Of a DNA stretch of 64,000 nucleotides, positions 29,002 through 40,000 are shown piece by piece. Source of the DNA: Candidatus Nanoarchaeia archaeon (GTDB lineage Archaea > Nanobdellota > Nanobdellia > Woesearchaeales > GW2011-AR4); the NCBI GenBank assembly GCA_035293285.1, contig DATDOM010000082.1, positions 422-64,421 of the forward strand, written 5' to 3'. The notes below the pieces were generated by a model that saw only the letters and a program-made list of their open reading frames with translations, made no database searches and had not been told where the DNA came from. Position numbers and translations under genes: made by a program. Every line of letters starts with the position of its first letter. Position 1 is the stretch's first letter.

Positions 29002-29411
29002 GATTGTCGTCTTTGTTTTTTGTATTTGTTTATATCTCCAAGAATACCTTGGACGACTGGAGCATTATCACGTTTGAATTGTAAATAATCATCGATGGTC
29101 AACTTTCCATTTACCCTTATGGATTCCGCCAGAATTCCAGTTATATTATCTTCTCCAGTTAATAATGTTAAAGTTTTATTTCCTAAAGGCAGTGGTTCAT
29201 GACCTGCCCTTTCTGGATTAGGTAAATACCTTAATTCTCCATCTACGTCATAGATTTCTATGATTGAACTTGTAATTTTGTCCCCAACCTTTAAATTAGC
29301 TGAGTATGCGCCTATTAAACTGTGGTCTTGGTACTCCCTGACTTGTGAAACAGAGGAATAGCTAGAGCTTGTTACAGAACCACCACCATTTGAACTACTG
29401 CCGTTTACCAT
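28998..29411 (-). CDS. Hypothetical protein
   Basis: 137-aa ORF with a Ser/Gly-rich N-terminus. No recognisable motif. Confidence 0.35.
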   Translation of the reverse strand: MVNGSSSNGGGSVTSSSYSSVSQVREYQDHSLIGAYSANLKVGDKITSSIIEIYDVDGELRYLPNPERAGHEPLPLGNKTLTLLTGEDNITGILAESIRVNGKLTIDDYLQFKRDNAPVVQGILGDINKYKKQRRQS

Positions 29412-29529
29412 AAATCTGTAAAACTTTAATTCATTTATAAATCTTTCTATTTTTTACTACTAAATAGTTAATATAATTAAGCAACTTTACAGCAATAAGT
29501 TTATATTTTATTTGCCATGAGCTTGGTTT

Positions 29530-30609
29530 ATGCACAGTTCATTTATGGAAAAGCTTGGAATTGGCAAGGTTTTCTATTTTATGCTTTTGTTCATTCCACT
29601 AAGCATTTATTTTGCGTTTTTTGGCGACAACCTCACACTGACTTTTATCACTGCTGTAATTGCAATTATTCCTCTTGCAAGGATTATAGGGGTCTGCACG
29701 GGGCAGCTTGCACTTCAGACAAACCCGACAATAAGCGGGCTTGTGTCTGCAACTTTTGGCAACGCAGTTGAACTGATTATTTCAATTATAGCGCTAAGCA
29801 GGGGTTTGGACAGAGTTGTAGAAGCTTCAATAATTGGCAGCATAATTGGAAACATCCTTTTATTGATAGGAATCAGTATTTTTATCGGTGGCTTAAAGCA
29901 CAAGCACCAAAAATTCAACAAAGAAGCTATCGGCGTGTCTGCAACAATGCTGATAATAGTTGTAGTTGCAATATCAGTCCCAAGCGTTTATTCTTTTGTG
30001 TCACCTGAAAGCGAGCATATAACAATATTAAGCGACGCTGTTGTAATTGTGATGGCGCTTATCTACATTGCAGGACTTATTTTTTCACTAAAAACCCACA
30101 GGGACATGTTTGATGCAAGCGACGAGATAAAAAAGCTGCATAAAACTCCGTTTGTTTCGAAAACAACTGCAATAATGGTACTTTTGATAACTACAGTTAT
30201 TGTTGCATTTGAGGCTGAGTTTTTAGTGAGGGGGCTTGAACATGCAGCGATTAGCATAGGCCTGACAGAAACATTTATCGGAGTTGTGATTATTGCAATC
30301 ATCACAAACATTGCCGAAAAGTCTGCTGCAATCCAGTTTGCACTTGAAAACAAGCTTGATTTATCCCTTGAAATCGGGCTAAGCAGCGCAATACAGATTG
30401 GATTATTTGTAGTGCCCATACTTGTTCTGATTAGCCGCATTTTCGGGTTTGGATTTAACCTTGTCTTTACGCTTTTTGAAATTATTGCAGTATTGTTTTC
30501 AGTGATGATTATAAACTATTTAAGCTCTGACGGAAAATGCAACTGGCTTGAAGGCGCCCAGATAATTTCTGTTTATCTTATACTTGCAATTGCTTTTTTC
30601 TTTGTTTGA
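29530..30609 (+). CDS. Ca2+/H+ antiporter (CaCA/CAX family)
   Basis: Two alpha-repeat signatures, GNAVELIISIIAL and TNIAEKSAAIQFA, within about 11 TM helices. Confidence 0.8.
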   Translation: MHSSFMEKLGIGKVFYFMLLFIPLSIYFAFFGDNLTLTFITAVIAIIPLARIIGVCTGQLALQTNPTISGLVSATFGNAVELIISIIALSRGLDRVVEASIIGSIIGNILLLIGISIFIGGLKHKHQKFNKEAIGVSATMLIIVVVAISVPSVYSFVSPESEHITILSDAVVIVMALIYIAGLIFSLKTHRDMFDASDEIKKLHKTPFVSKTTAIMVLLITTVIVAFEAEFLVRGLEHAAISIGLTETFIGVVIIAIITNIAEKSAAIQFALENKLDLSLEIGLSSAIQIGLFVVPILVLISRIFGFGFNLVFTLFEIIAVLFSVMIINYLSSDGKCNWLEGAQIISVYLILAIAFFFV

Positions 30610-30678
30610 TTGAAAAGAATTGTTGTTGATCAAAGAACATTTAAAAAAATTAAATAATGGTAGGATCCAGCCATCAAT

Positions 30679-30831
30679 ATGAAAAAATTAACATTTACAA
30701 ACTCTGCAGTGTTTATCATCTTTTTTGGCATAGCATTGATAGAGGCATTTCAAAAGCAAAGCTGGATTGAAGCGTTGCTTTTTTTGTCTTTAGGGATAAT
30801 TTCTCTTTGGGCTGATTTTAAGAAAACATAA
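30679..30831 (+). CDS. Small (50 aa) two-helix membrane protein
   Basis: Below the ORF-track cutoff. ATG 30679 to TAA 30829-30831 encodes MKKLTFTNSAVFIIFFGIALIEAFQKQSWIEALLFLSLGIISLWADFKKT. Confidence 0.3.
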   Translation: MKKLTFTNSAVFIIFFGIALIEAFQKQSWIEALLFLSLGIISLWADFKKT

Positions 30832-30846
30832 AAATGACTTCCTATT

Positions 30847-31035
30847 TCATTTTTCCTGGTATCTCTTCTTCAAAATTTTTGTGGGAAAAAGGTTGGAAAA
30901 TATTTTTTGCTGCCACTTGATGAATTTATCAACACATTCAAGGCATATATCTACAGAGTGATGTTCATCAACGGTTAAACGATTAAAACTAGAATTATAG
31001 TTATTTATATTTTTCCCGCATAGGCTGCATTTCAT
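30847..31035 (-). CDS. Small Zn-ribbon protein
   Basis: CSLCGK ... CLEC pairs. Size is 62 aa. Confidence 0.4.
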   Translation of the reverse strand: MKCSLCGKNINNYNSSFNRLTVDEHHSVDICLECVDKFIKWQQKIFSNLFPTKILKKRYQEK

Positions 31036-31095
31036 GTTAATTGTAAACCACCATATACCAATAAAAAATAAAAATAAATTTAGCTTGTAGTGAAT

Positions 31096-31464
31096 TTATT
31101 TCTTTTTTGCGTAATCAACTGCTCCCTGAAAGTCGACTACTACAACAGGCTCATTTCCAACAACCCATGCATCGTGCCCCATTGGAAGGGATGAAATTTC
31201 TCCTGCTTTTATGTCTTTTTCTGTGCCGTCGTCCATTAAGACGTGTATCACGCCCGACACTTGGTATTGAAAGTGCGGAGCTTCGCAGCTCTTTGTTTTT
31301 GCAATCGGCTTGACGTGCTTTGACCATTTCCATCCCGGCTGGAGAGTAAGCCTTCCTATCATTACTCCTCCGATGTTCACAAGCTCAACTTTTCCTTTTT
31401 CAAAAGTCCTGACTTCATCAGGCTTGGCAAAATCTTTTATCTCCACTTTATCCTGTTTTATCAT
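31096..31464 (-). CDS. Cupin-domain protein
   Basis: 122 aa. Cupin-like beta-barrel pattern: GRLTLQPGWKWSKH ... HVLMDDGTEKDIKAGEISSLPMGHDAWV. Confidence 0.55.
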   Translation of the reverse strand: MIKQDKVEIKDFAKPDEVRTFEKGKVELVNIGGVMIGRLTLQPGWKWSKHVKPIAKTKSCEAPHFQYQVSGVIHVLMDDGTEKDIKAGEISSLPMGHDAWVVGNEPVVVVDFQGAVDYAKKK

Positions 31465-31584
31465 TTTTCCACCCCGCTTAATAATTTTTGATTGACGAGA
31501 ATGTAATTTTAAACTTTATAAATTTTTCCAATATATTATTTCTATTTCAAAATACCAGTTGGCATATGCACCGAATCAAAAAAA

Positions 31585-31695
31585 TACGGCTGCCGGGACT
31601 TTCATTGATTGCTCAATATTGAACCCGGGCCACAACCTCTTTCATAACATTTCTGCTATTGGGAAGGTCGGATCATGCCGTTAGACCACAGCCGT
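31585..31695 (-). tRNA. tRNA-Gly (anticodon CCC) with two putative introns: 21 nt at the canonical 37/38 site and about 19 nt in the T-loop
   Basis: Hand fold of the reverse complement. Acceptor ACGGCTG/CAGCCGT plus discriminator A. D-arm GTCT-AACGGCA-TGAT. Anticodon stem CGACC/GGTTG with loop TTCCCAA interrupted by ATAGCAGAAATGTTATGAAAG. T-stem CCGGG/CCCGG encloses 26 nt (TTCAAT...GT) where 7 are expected. An oligo-T tract follows the 3' end. The mature length would be 71 nt. Confidence 0.65.
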
Positions 31696-31777
31696 ATAAT
31701 TTTTAGGAGATGATTTGAGTTATTATAATTTTTGTTGTTTGTTTTTAGATTTTGATTTCGTAATTAAAAACCCTGAC

Positions 31778-31960
31778 GTCATGTTTACGCCTCGCCATTA
31801 GCTCGGCATGTATGGATTCTCAATTCCGCACACTCGCCCCATTAGGGCGAGGTTTAATGATTTTGGTAAGATTATTGCAATGAATCGAGGCAAATTTTAG
31901 TGCTAATCAAAATTTGCCGAGCGAAACTAGGGGAGCGAAGCGACGAGTTTAAGAGTTAAT
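31778..31960 (+). repeat. GC-rich multi-hairpin intergenic element, copy C
   Basis: GTCATGTTTACGCCTCGCCATTAGCTCGGCATGTAT. CGCACACTCGCCCCATTAGGGCGAGGTTTAAT. Long hairpin CGAGGCAAATTTT-AGTGCTAATC-AAAATTTGCCGAG at 31886-31921. Right end CTAGGGGAGCGAAGCGACGAGTTTAAGAGTTAAT. Confidence 0.65.
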
Positions 31961-32028
31961 ATATCAATGCAGGAAACTAATCAAAGAAAACAAAATAGAA
32001 AATAAAGGAAATTATCTAAATAAAAAAA

Positions 32029-33978
32029 TCAAACTCTGTTTTTTGCAAGAGTTTCTACAACGTTTGGATCAACTAAAGTTGAAGTGTTTCCGTAGTCTTT
32101 TGCGCCTTCTGCGATTGCCTTTAGGATTCTTCTCATTATTTTCCCGCTTCTTGTTTTTGGCAAGTCATCGGCAAACTGGATTTTGTCAGGCTTTGCGATA
32201 GGGCCGACGGTATTTGAAACGTGCTGCTTTAGTTTTTCCTTGAGCTCTTCAGTCTTCTGCACGCCTTTTTTCAAAGTTACAAAAGCATAAAGCGCCTGAC
32301 CCTTTATTTCGTGAGGGAAAGGAACAACTGCAGCTTCGGCAACAGCCTCGTGGCTTACTAATGAGCTTTCAACTTCAGCGCTTCCAATCCTGTGGCCTGC
32401 AACTTTTATGACGTCATCGCTCCTGCCCATGACCCAGTAATATCCGTCTTCATCTACTTTTGCAGTGTCGCCTGAAAGATAAACTTTGTAAGGCTCAAAG
32501 TAGGATTTTTTGTACCTGTCGGGGTTGTTCCAGACAGTCCTTAGCATTCCAGGCCACGGCTTTTTTATTACCAAAAGGCCGCCTTCGTTTGTGTTTGCCT
32601 TTGTTCCGTCTTCTCTTAAAATTTCAGGGACAATTCCAAAAAAGGGCTTTGTTGCTGAGCCAGGTTTTGTAGGAGTTATTCCAGGAAGGGGTGTAATCAA
32701 AATGCCGCCGGTTTCAGTCTGCCACCAGGTGTCTACTATGGGACATTTTTCGCGCCCTATGTATTTGTGGTACCAAATCCATGCTTCAGGGTTTATCGGC
32801 TCGCCGACCGAGCCGAGTAATCTTAGGCTGCCCAAGTCGCAGTTGTTTGGCCAGTCATTGCCCTCTTTTGCCAAAGCCCTGATTGCAGTTGGTGCAGTGT
32901 AAAAAATTGTGATAGAGTGCTTTTCAATTATTCTCCAGAACCTGTCAGGGTTTGGATAGGTTGGCCCTCCTTCATACATTACCACAGTTGCTGCATTTGA
33001 TAACGGCCCGTAGACAATGTAAGAGTGCCCCGTAATCCACCCTATGTCTGCCGTGCAGAAAAAAATGTCATCGTCTTTTATGTCAAAAATATACTTGAAA
33101 GTCTGGTTTACGTAAAGCAGATATCCCGCCTGAGTGTGCAAAACTCCTTTTGGCTTGCCTGTAGTTCCTGAAGTGTATAAAATAAAAAGCGAGTCCTCTG
33201 AGTTCATGCTTTCACAGTCGCACCAAGTTGAAATTCCTTTTTCGTTGACTAAGTCGTGCCACCATAAATCTCTGCCTTTTAGCATCTTGACTGAGTTTTT
33301 TGTCCTTTGCACAACAACTACACTTTTTATGGATGGGCAGTCCTTTAATGCAATGTCTGCATTATCCTTTAACGGGACTACTTTTGTGTTCCTAAAGCTG
33401 CCGTCGGCAGTAACCAAAACTACTGCAGAAGAATCCTGTATCCTGTCCTTTAATGCATCACTGCTAAAGCCTGCAAATACAACTGAATGAATTGCGCCGA
33501 TTCTTGCGCACGCAAGCAATGTGATTGGCAGCTCTGGAATCATCGGCAGATAAACCTGAACAACCTGTCCTCTTTTGACGCCGAGCTTTTTCAAGACATT
33601 TCCAAATTTGCATACTTCTTTTAGGAGCTGGCCATAAGTGTAAGTCTTTGTTTCGCCCGATTCTGCTTCCCAGATAAATGCAACCTTGTTTTTCTTTCCT
33701 GATTTTACGTGCCTGTCAAGGCAGTTGTATGATACATTGAGGATGCCACCTTCAAACCACTTGAAAAATCCCATATCATTTCTTAAAACAGAATCCCAGC
33801 GCTTGAACCAGTCCAAATCATTTGCCTTTTCAGCCCAGTATTGCTCAGGATTGTCAACGGATTTTTTGTATTCTGCCTCGTACTCCTGCACACTCTTGAT
33901 TCTTGCATTGTTTCTAAAATCGTCTGACGGGTAGAATTTTCTGTTCTCTTTTAAGATAGAATCTATGTAATTGTCCAT
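32029..33978 (-). CDS. acs: Acetyl-CoA synthetase (AMP-forming)
   Basis: [23 protein letters not shown]-binding motif, WWQTETGG, and [29 protein letters not shown]. Length 649 aa. Confidence 0.9.
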   Translation of the reverse strand: MDNYIDSILKENRKFYPSDDFRNNARIKSVQEYEAEYKKSVDNPEQYWAEKANDLDWFKRWDSVLRNDMGFFKWFEGGILNVSYNCLDRHVKSGKKNKVAFIWEAESGETKTYTYGQLLKEVCKFGNVLKKLGVKRGQVVQVYLPMIPELPITLLACARIGAIHSVVFAGFSSDALKDRIQDSSAVVLVTADGSFRNTKVVPLKDNADIALKDCPSIKSVVVVQRTKNSVKMLKGRDLWWHDLVNEKGISTWCDCESMNSEDSLFILYTSGTTGKPKGVLHTQAGYLLYVNQTFKYIFDIKDDDIFFCTADIGWITGHSYIVYGPLSNAATVVMYEGGPTYPNPDRFWRIIEKHSITIFYTAPTAIRALAKEGNDWPNNCDLGSLRLLGSVGEPINPEAWIWYHKYIGREKCPIVDTWWQTETGGILITPLPGITPTKPGSATKPFFGIVPEILREDGTKANTNEGGLLVIKKPWPGMLRTVWNNPDRYKKSYFEPYKVYLSGDTAKVDEDGYYWVMGRSDDVIKVAGHRIGSAEVESSLVSHEAVAEAAVVPFPHEIKGQALYAFVTLKKGVQKTEELKEKLKQHVSNTVGPIAKPDKIQFADDLPKTRSGKIMRRILKAIAEGAKDYGNTSTLVDPNVVETLAKNRV

Positions 33979-34100
33979 AACACACCTCTTTTTTTAGTAA
34001 TCAGTAAAATAAGGGTATTTATAGGTTTCGGAAAAGACGAGATGCAGTTAAATTAAAATATGAACCAGAATAAAATTTTACTGGATTTTTTATTTTAATC

Positions 34101-34165
34101 GGTCGTTTGACGACAATAGCTACACTCGGCAAATTTTGACTGGCACTAAAATTTGCCTCGATTTA
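34101..34165 (-). repeat. Partial copy D of the hairpin element (module 3 only), inverted relative to copy C
   Basis: The reverse complement reads ATCGAGGCAAATTTTAGTGCCAGTCAAAATTTGCCGAG (34125-34160), nearly identical to 31886-31921. A GTCGT-CAA-ACGAC hairpin follows. Confidence 0.55.
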
Positions 34166-34215
34166 TTACAATAATTGAAACTAAATATTGTTAAATGGGT
34201 TTGCCATCAATAGAA

Positions 34216-35280
34216 TCAATACTTCATCTTAAACCTTAAAACTGCCCCAATCCCGCCAAGGCCGTCAAGCTTCATGCCGCCGTCGTGGTCTGAGCTTATT
34301 ATTTCAATTTCGCCTTTTGACGAATCTACTTTTTTCATGATTGACTCAAGCTCAAAATAGAAATTTTCTGCCCTGGATTTCTGGATTAATGAGTCTGTCA
34401 AAAGCAGCTCCTTAATTGCGCCCATTTCTGCAGCCTCTTTTGTCTGCTTTAGGCCGTAAGCTGCAAGGTTGTTTTTTGCAATCTCGGTAAACAGCTCCTC
34501 AACCTTGTTCATTTCCTTTGCACTCCTTTCCTGCTTTAGGGCAACTTTTACTTCAGGCCTTTTTATGACTTCGTCAATGCCATTCTTTGTCGCCGATGAG
34601 CAGGTTGCAAGGATAACTATCTTTTTTATTTCATCATTTTTAATTTCCTTCAAAAAGTCTTCTTTCCAGAATGCAGGAGACGCCAAGATAACCTGCTTTA
34701 TCTTGTATCGTTCAATGTATTCCTCGAGTTTTTTTTGCATCTCTGCATAGAAATTACCGCTTGACTTGTTTTCGGTCCGTTTTTTTTGAACATTTCCCTC
34801 GATATGCAAAAGCACTTCATAGCCGTATTTCTTGAAAAGCGCAAAATACCCCTCTTCGCGGTCGTGCACCAGTATAAGAATTGATGATTTTGTTTCGGAG
34901 CACGCCTCTTTTAGCTTGTCAAGCTGGTATTTTAGCCATTTTTCCTTGATTATCTCAACAGTCGTGTTCTCATCAATGTTAAAAGTGTGGTAATCTCCAA
35001 GCGGAATGTCTTCAGGCGCTGCCTTGATTATGCCGGAAACCCTTAAAGTGTTGTTATGCTTTGAGAATTCGACTTTTTCCACAAGGATTTTGAGAAATAC
35101 AGGCTTTTTTGATGCTTCCTTTGCCCGTTCTTCTGAACTTGCCACTTTTATTTTCCTTAAGGTCTTGCCTTGAAGATAGTCATTTGGCTCAATGATGTTG
35201 CTTAGATACCAAAGGTCATCAAGTTCCTGTGTTAAAAGCTTGATTTCTCCTTTTTTAAGATTTGAATGGATTAGTTTCAT
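34216..35280 (-). CDS. pelA: mRNA surveillance / ribosome rescue factor Pelota
   Basis: MKLIHSNLKKGEIKLLTQELDDLWYLSNIIEPNDYLQGKTLRK N-terminal domain and an eRF1-like C-terminal layout. Confidence 0.85.
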   Translation of the reverse strand: MKLIHSNLKKGEIKLLTQELDDLWYLSNIIEPNDYLQGKTLRKIKVASSEERAKEASKKPVFLKILVEKVEFSKHNNTLRVSGIIKAAPEDIPLGDYHTFNIDENTTVEIIKEKWLKYQLDKLKEACSETKSSILILVHDREEGYFALFKKYGYEVLLHIEGNVQKKRTENKSSGNFYAEMQKKLEEYIERYKIKQVILASPAFWKEDFLKEIKNDEIKKIVILATCSSATKNGIDEVIKRPEVKVALKQERSAKEMNKVEELFTEIAKNNLAAYGLKQTKEAAEMGAIKELLLTDSLIQKSRAENFYFELESIMKKVDSSKGEIEIISSDHDGGMKLDGLGGIGAVLRFKMKY

Positions 35281-35392
35281 TGTACTAGTTTTTTAGAATG
35301 GACTATTTAAAGATTAATATAAAATTATGTGAAAAATTGGATTGTTTGGGGATTACTTCCCTATTTAGATAAAATATGCTCCGCGGTTGATA

Positions 35393-35559
35393 GGCGGCCT
35401 TCATTAGGGCCGCATTCATTACCGCACAACCCGCTGCATTTCGGGGTTTTTTGTTTTCTATCGAAATAAATGATTAAGTCAAGAAGCAATTTTCGCCCAA
35501 ATGCAGGCGAATATGGGAATTGGAGACAAAATGCATGCCGAGCAAATGGCGAGGCCTAG
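35393..35559 (+). repeat. GC-rich multi-hairpin intergenic element, copy E (palindromic layout)
   Basis: GCGGCC-TTCATTAG-GGCCGC, then CGCACAAC-CCCG..CGGGG. Inverted modules TTCGCC-CAAATGCA-GGCGAA and ATGCATGCCGAGCAAATGGCGAGGCCTAG. Confidence 0.6.
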
Positions 35560-35735
35560 ATTTTACACGATTTTTAAGAAAACGCCCAAAGTTTTATACT
35601 CCAAGCAGGCGAAAACTAAAATCAAAGAAGTAATAAGTATTAATTTTCCTAAATATTTATACAAAACAAAAACATTTAAATATGTTTATGTTAAGTTCAC
35701 AACATAAAAGTTAATACAGGAATTTAAAAGGTACA

Positions 35736-36914
35736 ATGATGAACAAGAAGGGCCAGGGCGGAATAAATGCCGCTGTGCTTATAGCAATTATAGCAGCGCT
35801 GATAATTCTTTACATCATATTCCTCCCAACGTCTGAACGCGAGAATGTGCTTGGCGAGAATTCAGGCTCTTCATCAGACGGAGGCTCGTCAGTTTCTTCT
35901 GTTTCCCTTTTAAAGACAAATCCCGGCAAGCTCACAAGCCAGGGTGATTTGGAAAATGAAAAGCAGATACCAAACGTGTTTTTGGTGGAGACAAGCAATG
36001 CAAAAGAGCTTGACAGGATAAACCCCTTCATTGTAAGAAACGGCTGGTTTGACACAAAAGACAGCAAGATAGAATTTTCGCTCGATGAGCCGGAAAATAC
36101 CGACAATGCAGTCCTCTCATTTGGCACAAAAAAAAGGCAGGGTGTGCTGACAATAAAGCTAAATGGAGTCATAATTTTTGAAAATGAGCTTACAAGCGAC
36201 ATACCTGAGCCTGTAAAGCTTGACCGAAAGCTCCTGCAAAAGGCAAATTCGCTTGAATTCAGCGTATCTTCAGTCGGCGCAAAATTCTGGCAGACAAATG
36301 AGTATTCGCTTGAAAACATAAAAATCATTGGAGACATAACTGACACAAGCAGGCAGGCGTCAGAAAATGTTTTTGACATAACTGAAAGCGAGTTTTCGAA
36401 CCTGGAGCGGGCAACACTTAGGTTTGCACCATACTGCAGCGATACTGCAAATGTCGGACTATTGGAAATATTTGTCAACACCAAAAAAGTGTTTTCAAGC
36501 GTTCCTGTCTGCGACAATCCTTACAAGCAGAGCCTGCCAAAGAGCCTCTTAAACCAGGGGGAAAACAATATTGTATTCAAGACCAAAAAGGGCAGCTACA
36601 GCATTGAACAGATAAGAGTTGCCCTGGACTTTAAAAGCGCTGCATCAAAAACCTATTATTTTGAGCTTACCCCTGAGCAGTATTCAGCAATAAAAAGCGG
36701 AAGCAAGAGCGTGATTGCAACGCTGAAATTCGTGGATGACAAAACACAGAAAAGGCTGAAATTAGATGTCAACGGCAAGGCAGAAACAATAGAGACTGAC
36801 AAGGATTCAGTTACAAAAGCAATAGGAACTAAGGTGTCAGAGGGAAACAACTACATCAAGATAGACCCTTTTGAAGACCTTGAGCTTGTCGAGCTAAAAG
36901 TTGACCTTAACTAA
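35736..36914 (+). CDS. Secreted protein with a prepilin-like (class III) signal peptide, unknown function; first gene of the plus-strand surface operon
   Basis: MMNKKGQGG-INAAVLIAIIAALIILYIIFL, then a Ser/Gly linker and a roughly 330-aa beta-rich region. An ATTTAAATA box lies upstream. Confidence 0.6.
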   Translation: MMNKKGQGGINAAVLIAIIAALIILYIIFLPTSERENVLGENSGSSSDGGSSVSSVSLLKTNPGKLTSQGDLENEKQIPNVFLVETSNAKELDRINPFIVRNGWFDTKDSKIEFSLDEPENTDNAVLSFGTKKRQGVLTIKLNGVIIFENELTSDIPEPVKLDRKLLQKANSLEFSVSSVGAKFWQTNEYSLENIKIIGDITDTSRQASENVFDITESEFSNLERATLRFAPYCSDTANVGLLEIFVNTKKVFSSVPVCDNPYKQSLPKSLLNQGENNIVFKTKKGSYSIEQIRVALDFKSAASKTYYFELTPEQYSAIKSGSKSVIATLKFVDDKTQKRLKLDVNGKAETIETDKDSVTKAIGTKVSEGNNYIKIDPFEDLELVELKVDLN

Positions 36915-37017
36915 TTGCCTTTCAATCATCATCATAATATTCCGGTTCATATGAAAAGAGGTGGCTTTGGGAAGAATTCTTTAGAGGTTGTTATTTTGGA
37001 TTATATGGTGACTGAAA

Positions 37018-40000
37018 TTGGCTGACGACGGAGAAACTGAAAATCAAGAGGAGAATCCTGCAAGCGGAAGCTCCAGGTGGTCCAGATTTAAAGAGAAAGC
37101 AAGACAGGGCTACAAGAAGGGTAAAGAAAAGATAAGCCAGTCTGGACAGGGAGATGATTCTGGTGATGACAGCGGCGAGGCGCGCGGCAAGGGAACAATG
37201 CCAATCAATGTAACAAATATTGTTGAGCGCGCAAAGTCTGGAAATTTCGTCGGTTGGATAATTGTTGTTGCGCTTGTTTACATAGCTGCATATTACTGGT
37301 TTTTGCCGTTTAGGGTTTGGATCGGCATCTGGGGCTTTAAGCTTTTAGTCGGAATAATTTGGGTCTGCTTCATTTTATATGGGCTGTTTTCTGGTTTCTG
37401 GAACAAGGGTAAGGAAAATATTTCAATAACCAATTTTTTTGTCGGGCTTGTGCTGTTAGTATGGCTATTGGACATGATACCTGCAGACTTTCCGCTTTTT
37501 GGAAGCATTCTTGGCGGGCCCTATGCCGGTTTTGAGTTTGACTGGAAGAGTTTTTCATTTGGATTTTCAACAACGATACTGGCAGTAATAACATCTGGAA
37601 TAACATTTGCATTCTTGTATGTGAACATGATATTTGACATAATAAAAAAAGATGTCATAATGTTTGGGTTTGGGTTTGGGTTTATTGTATTGACAAACAA
37701 GCTTTTGGCAAATTTCATTCCAAGCTATTTGAGCGGCTCTTTTGTGCTCGTCTGGGGGTTTTGGATTTATTTCATTGTTACTGCCGTCCTTGTGGTGCTT
37801 GCAGTGTGGCTTGCAAAAAGATATGATGTGAAGTTAGGAGAAAAATCCGGTGATTTTTTCACTTATCTTCTTATGGCTTTTGTGTTCTCATTTTTTTGGA
37901 TAAACAACGGCTGGATTCACAGCACAAAAGCACTTTACCATGCGATATTCATACTTTGTTTTGGATTTTTTTACATCCAGCCGCATGAGAGGAAAAATCC
38001 TGTAGCATGGCACATTATTATCCCCGCTTTATTGATAATTGACTTTTATGGCTATGGACTTTTGTACTCGACAGATATCCTCTTTGTGCAGTTTATCCCC
38101 GTACTTGTGATTTTTGTCCTTGCTTACTGCTATTACCAGACCAAAAGTAAATATGCCCTGGTTTCTTTCATATTTCTTGTAACTGTGATACTTATCCTTA
38201 GCCTTGTGGCAGTCAACGCATACCAGACAGGCTCAATCCAGTTTCAGGCAAGAGGGGACGGAAAATCATTTTCAACTTTTCTCAATACGCTGACAAAGCA
38301 GACTACAAGCCTTCTCGAGGGGCAGCTTGAAACTGCAACAGGCGGATTATACAGAAGCCAGGTTGAAAAAAACCAGTATGAACCTTTGGGAGTCTACCTC
38401 ACGGACATACGGGCGTCCCAGCCAAGGTACAGGAGTGACGAGCCTGTTACAATCTGGGGCAAGATTAGTGCAAAAACACTGAGCGACCCAATAATAATAA
38501 ATTTCAACTGCTACAGGTTTGAGGGAAAAGACGAGAACAAACAGAAAATTCCAATAAAAGCAGAAGGGCTTTATCCAAACAAGCCTTTCAGTGTTTTTAC
38601 ATATGAGGAGAAAGACACCGAATGCAACTTTAACACCGAAGAAGACCAGGTTGAGCTAAAACCAGGCTCAAACGAAGTTTCATTGTCCGCAACCTATAAT
38701 TTTGACACAAGCGCATACCACAAAGTTTACTTCATTGACAAAGCAAGGCAGCGCTCAATGCTTGTTGAAGGGCTTGACCCATTAAAGGAGTTTGGGATAA
38801 CTGATAAAAACCCGGTTACCGTCTACACAAACGGCCCTGTTGAGCTTGCAGTAAGCATTTCAAACATTGTGACTGTTTCTTCCGAAGATGATTTGGCTCC
38901 GGTCATAGGAATACTCTTAAAAAACCGCGACAGGATAAGCGACAAGGCAGGAAGCCCGCTTGGACAGTGGGAGGGAAAGATAAAGGACATAAAAGAGCTT
39001 GTTTTGGTGCTTCCAAGGGGAGTTTCACTTAAAAAAGTGGAGAAAGACCAAAGATATGACTGCAAGCCTTCGCCTTTCAAGGATTACAGCTCACAAGACT
39101 GCAAAAACTCGTGCCAAACCTACGTGACTGAGCCATGCCATAAAATCTGCAACGAAAACGAGCAGTGCATTGAGCGTGACTGCAAGCCTTCAGAAAAAAG
39201 ATGTTTAGAGGAATGTGACGATTTGTTCAGGGTTGATTCTGCAGGCGGCGCAGAGCTCAAAGGATACCAGCTTGACATTGAAAGCATAAAATCGGAATTC
39301 AAATCAGATGACTTGAAAGATATAGATAAGTTTCGGACTTTTGGCTGCAGGCTTGAATTGGATGGCAAGGAGGTTTTGGATAACACGCCGATTACTACAA
39401 AATTCATAAGGTTAAAGGCAAGATACAATTACACTGTTGAGAAGGGTTTTAACATCAATGTTGATTCAATAAAAATAGATGAAACTGTAAACGGGGGACT
39501 GGTTTCTGATGACGGCTCGGGAAGATTTCCAGTAAGCAATTGTCAGTATAATGGACAGGAGTTTGCATCGAAAAAGTCCAACATAGACAAGATAATAAAC
39601 GGTCTTGCAGCTGCAGGAATAAATACAAAAAATGGAATTTCAGGCGTTCTTGGAAACTTCCGGCAGGAAAGTAACTTTGACCCGACAAAACAAGGTAAAT
39701 TTGGCGACTTGACTTGCTCTAATGACAGAATTGGACCACAGCAGGGGGCAATAGGAATTGCGCAGTGGTGCCGTGAACGCAGGACAAAACTAATCAGTAA
39801 ACACCCGAATTCATACCTGACAATTGATTCACAAGTGGATTATCTTGTATCTGAATTAACGGGGGACTACAAGGGGGCTGTTGCAAAAATGAATGCTGCA
39901 GGATCTCCGGAACAGGCTGCATTAATATGGCAGGGCAAAGCTTTTGAAAGTGCCACGCCAAGTCTAGCGGGGCCAAGAGATGAATATGCAAGGCAGGTTT

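Noticed and set aside
35501-35707. 68-aa plus-strand ORF in the 455-nt spacer before the surface operon.
   Set aside because: Its first third is made of the inverted hairpin modules of repeat copy E (ATGCATGCCGAGCAAATGGCGAGGCCTAG), the rest is low-complexity K-rich sequence, and there is no ribosome-binding or promoter signal. It is most likely non-coding.
35810-36517. 235-aa minus-strand ORF and other long antisense ORFs (20650-21084, 42780-43187, 58444-58851, 30063-30440, 11527-11895, 39120-39428, 41587-41895).
   Set aside because: All lie entirely antisense to well-supported genes. They have Ser/Leu/Phe-rich low-complexity composition typical of shadow ORFs and lack upstream TATA or Shine-Dalgarno signals.
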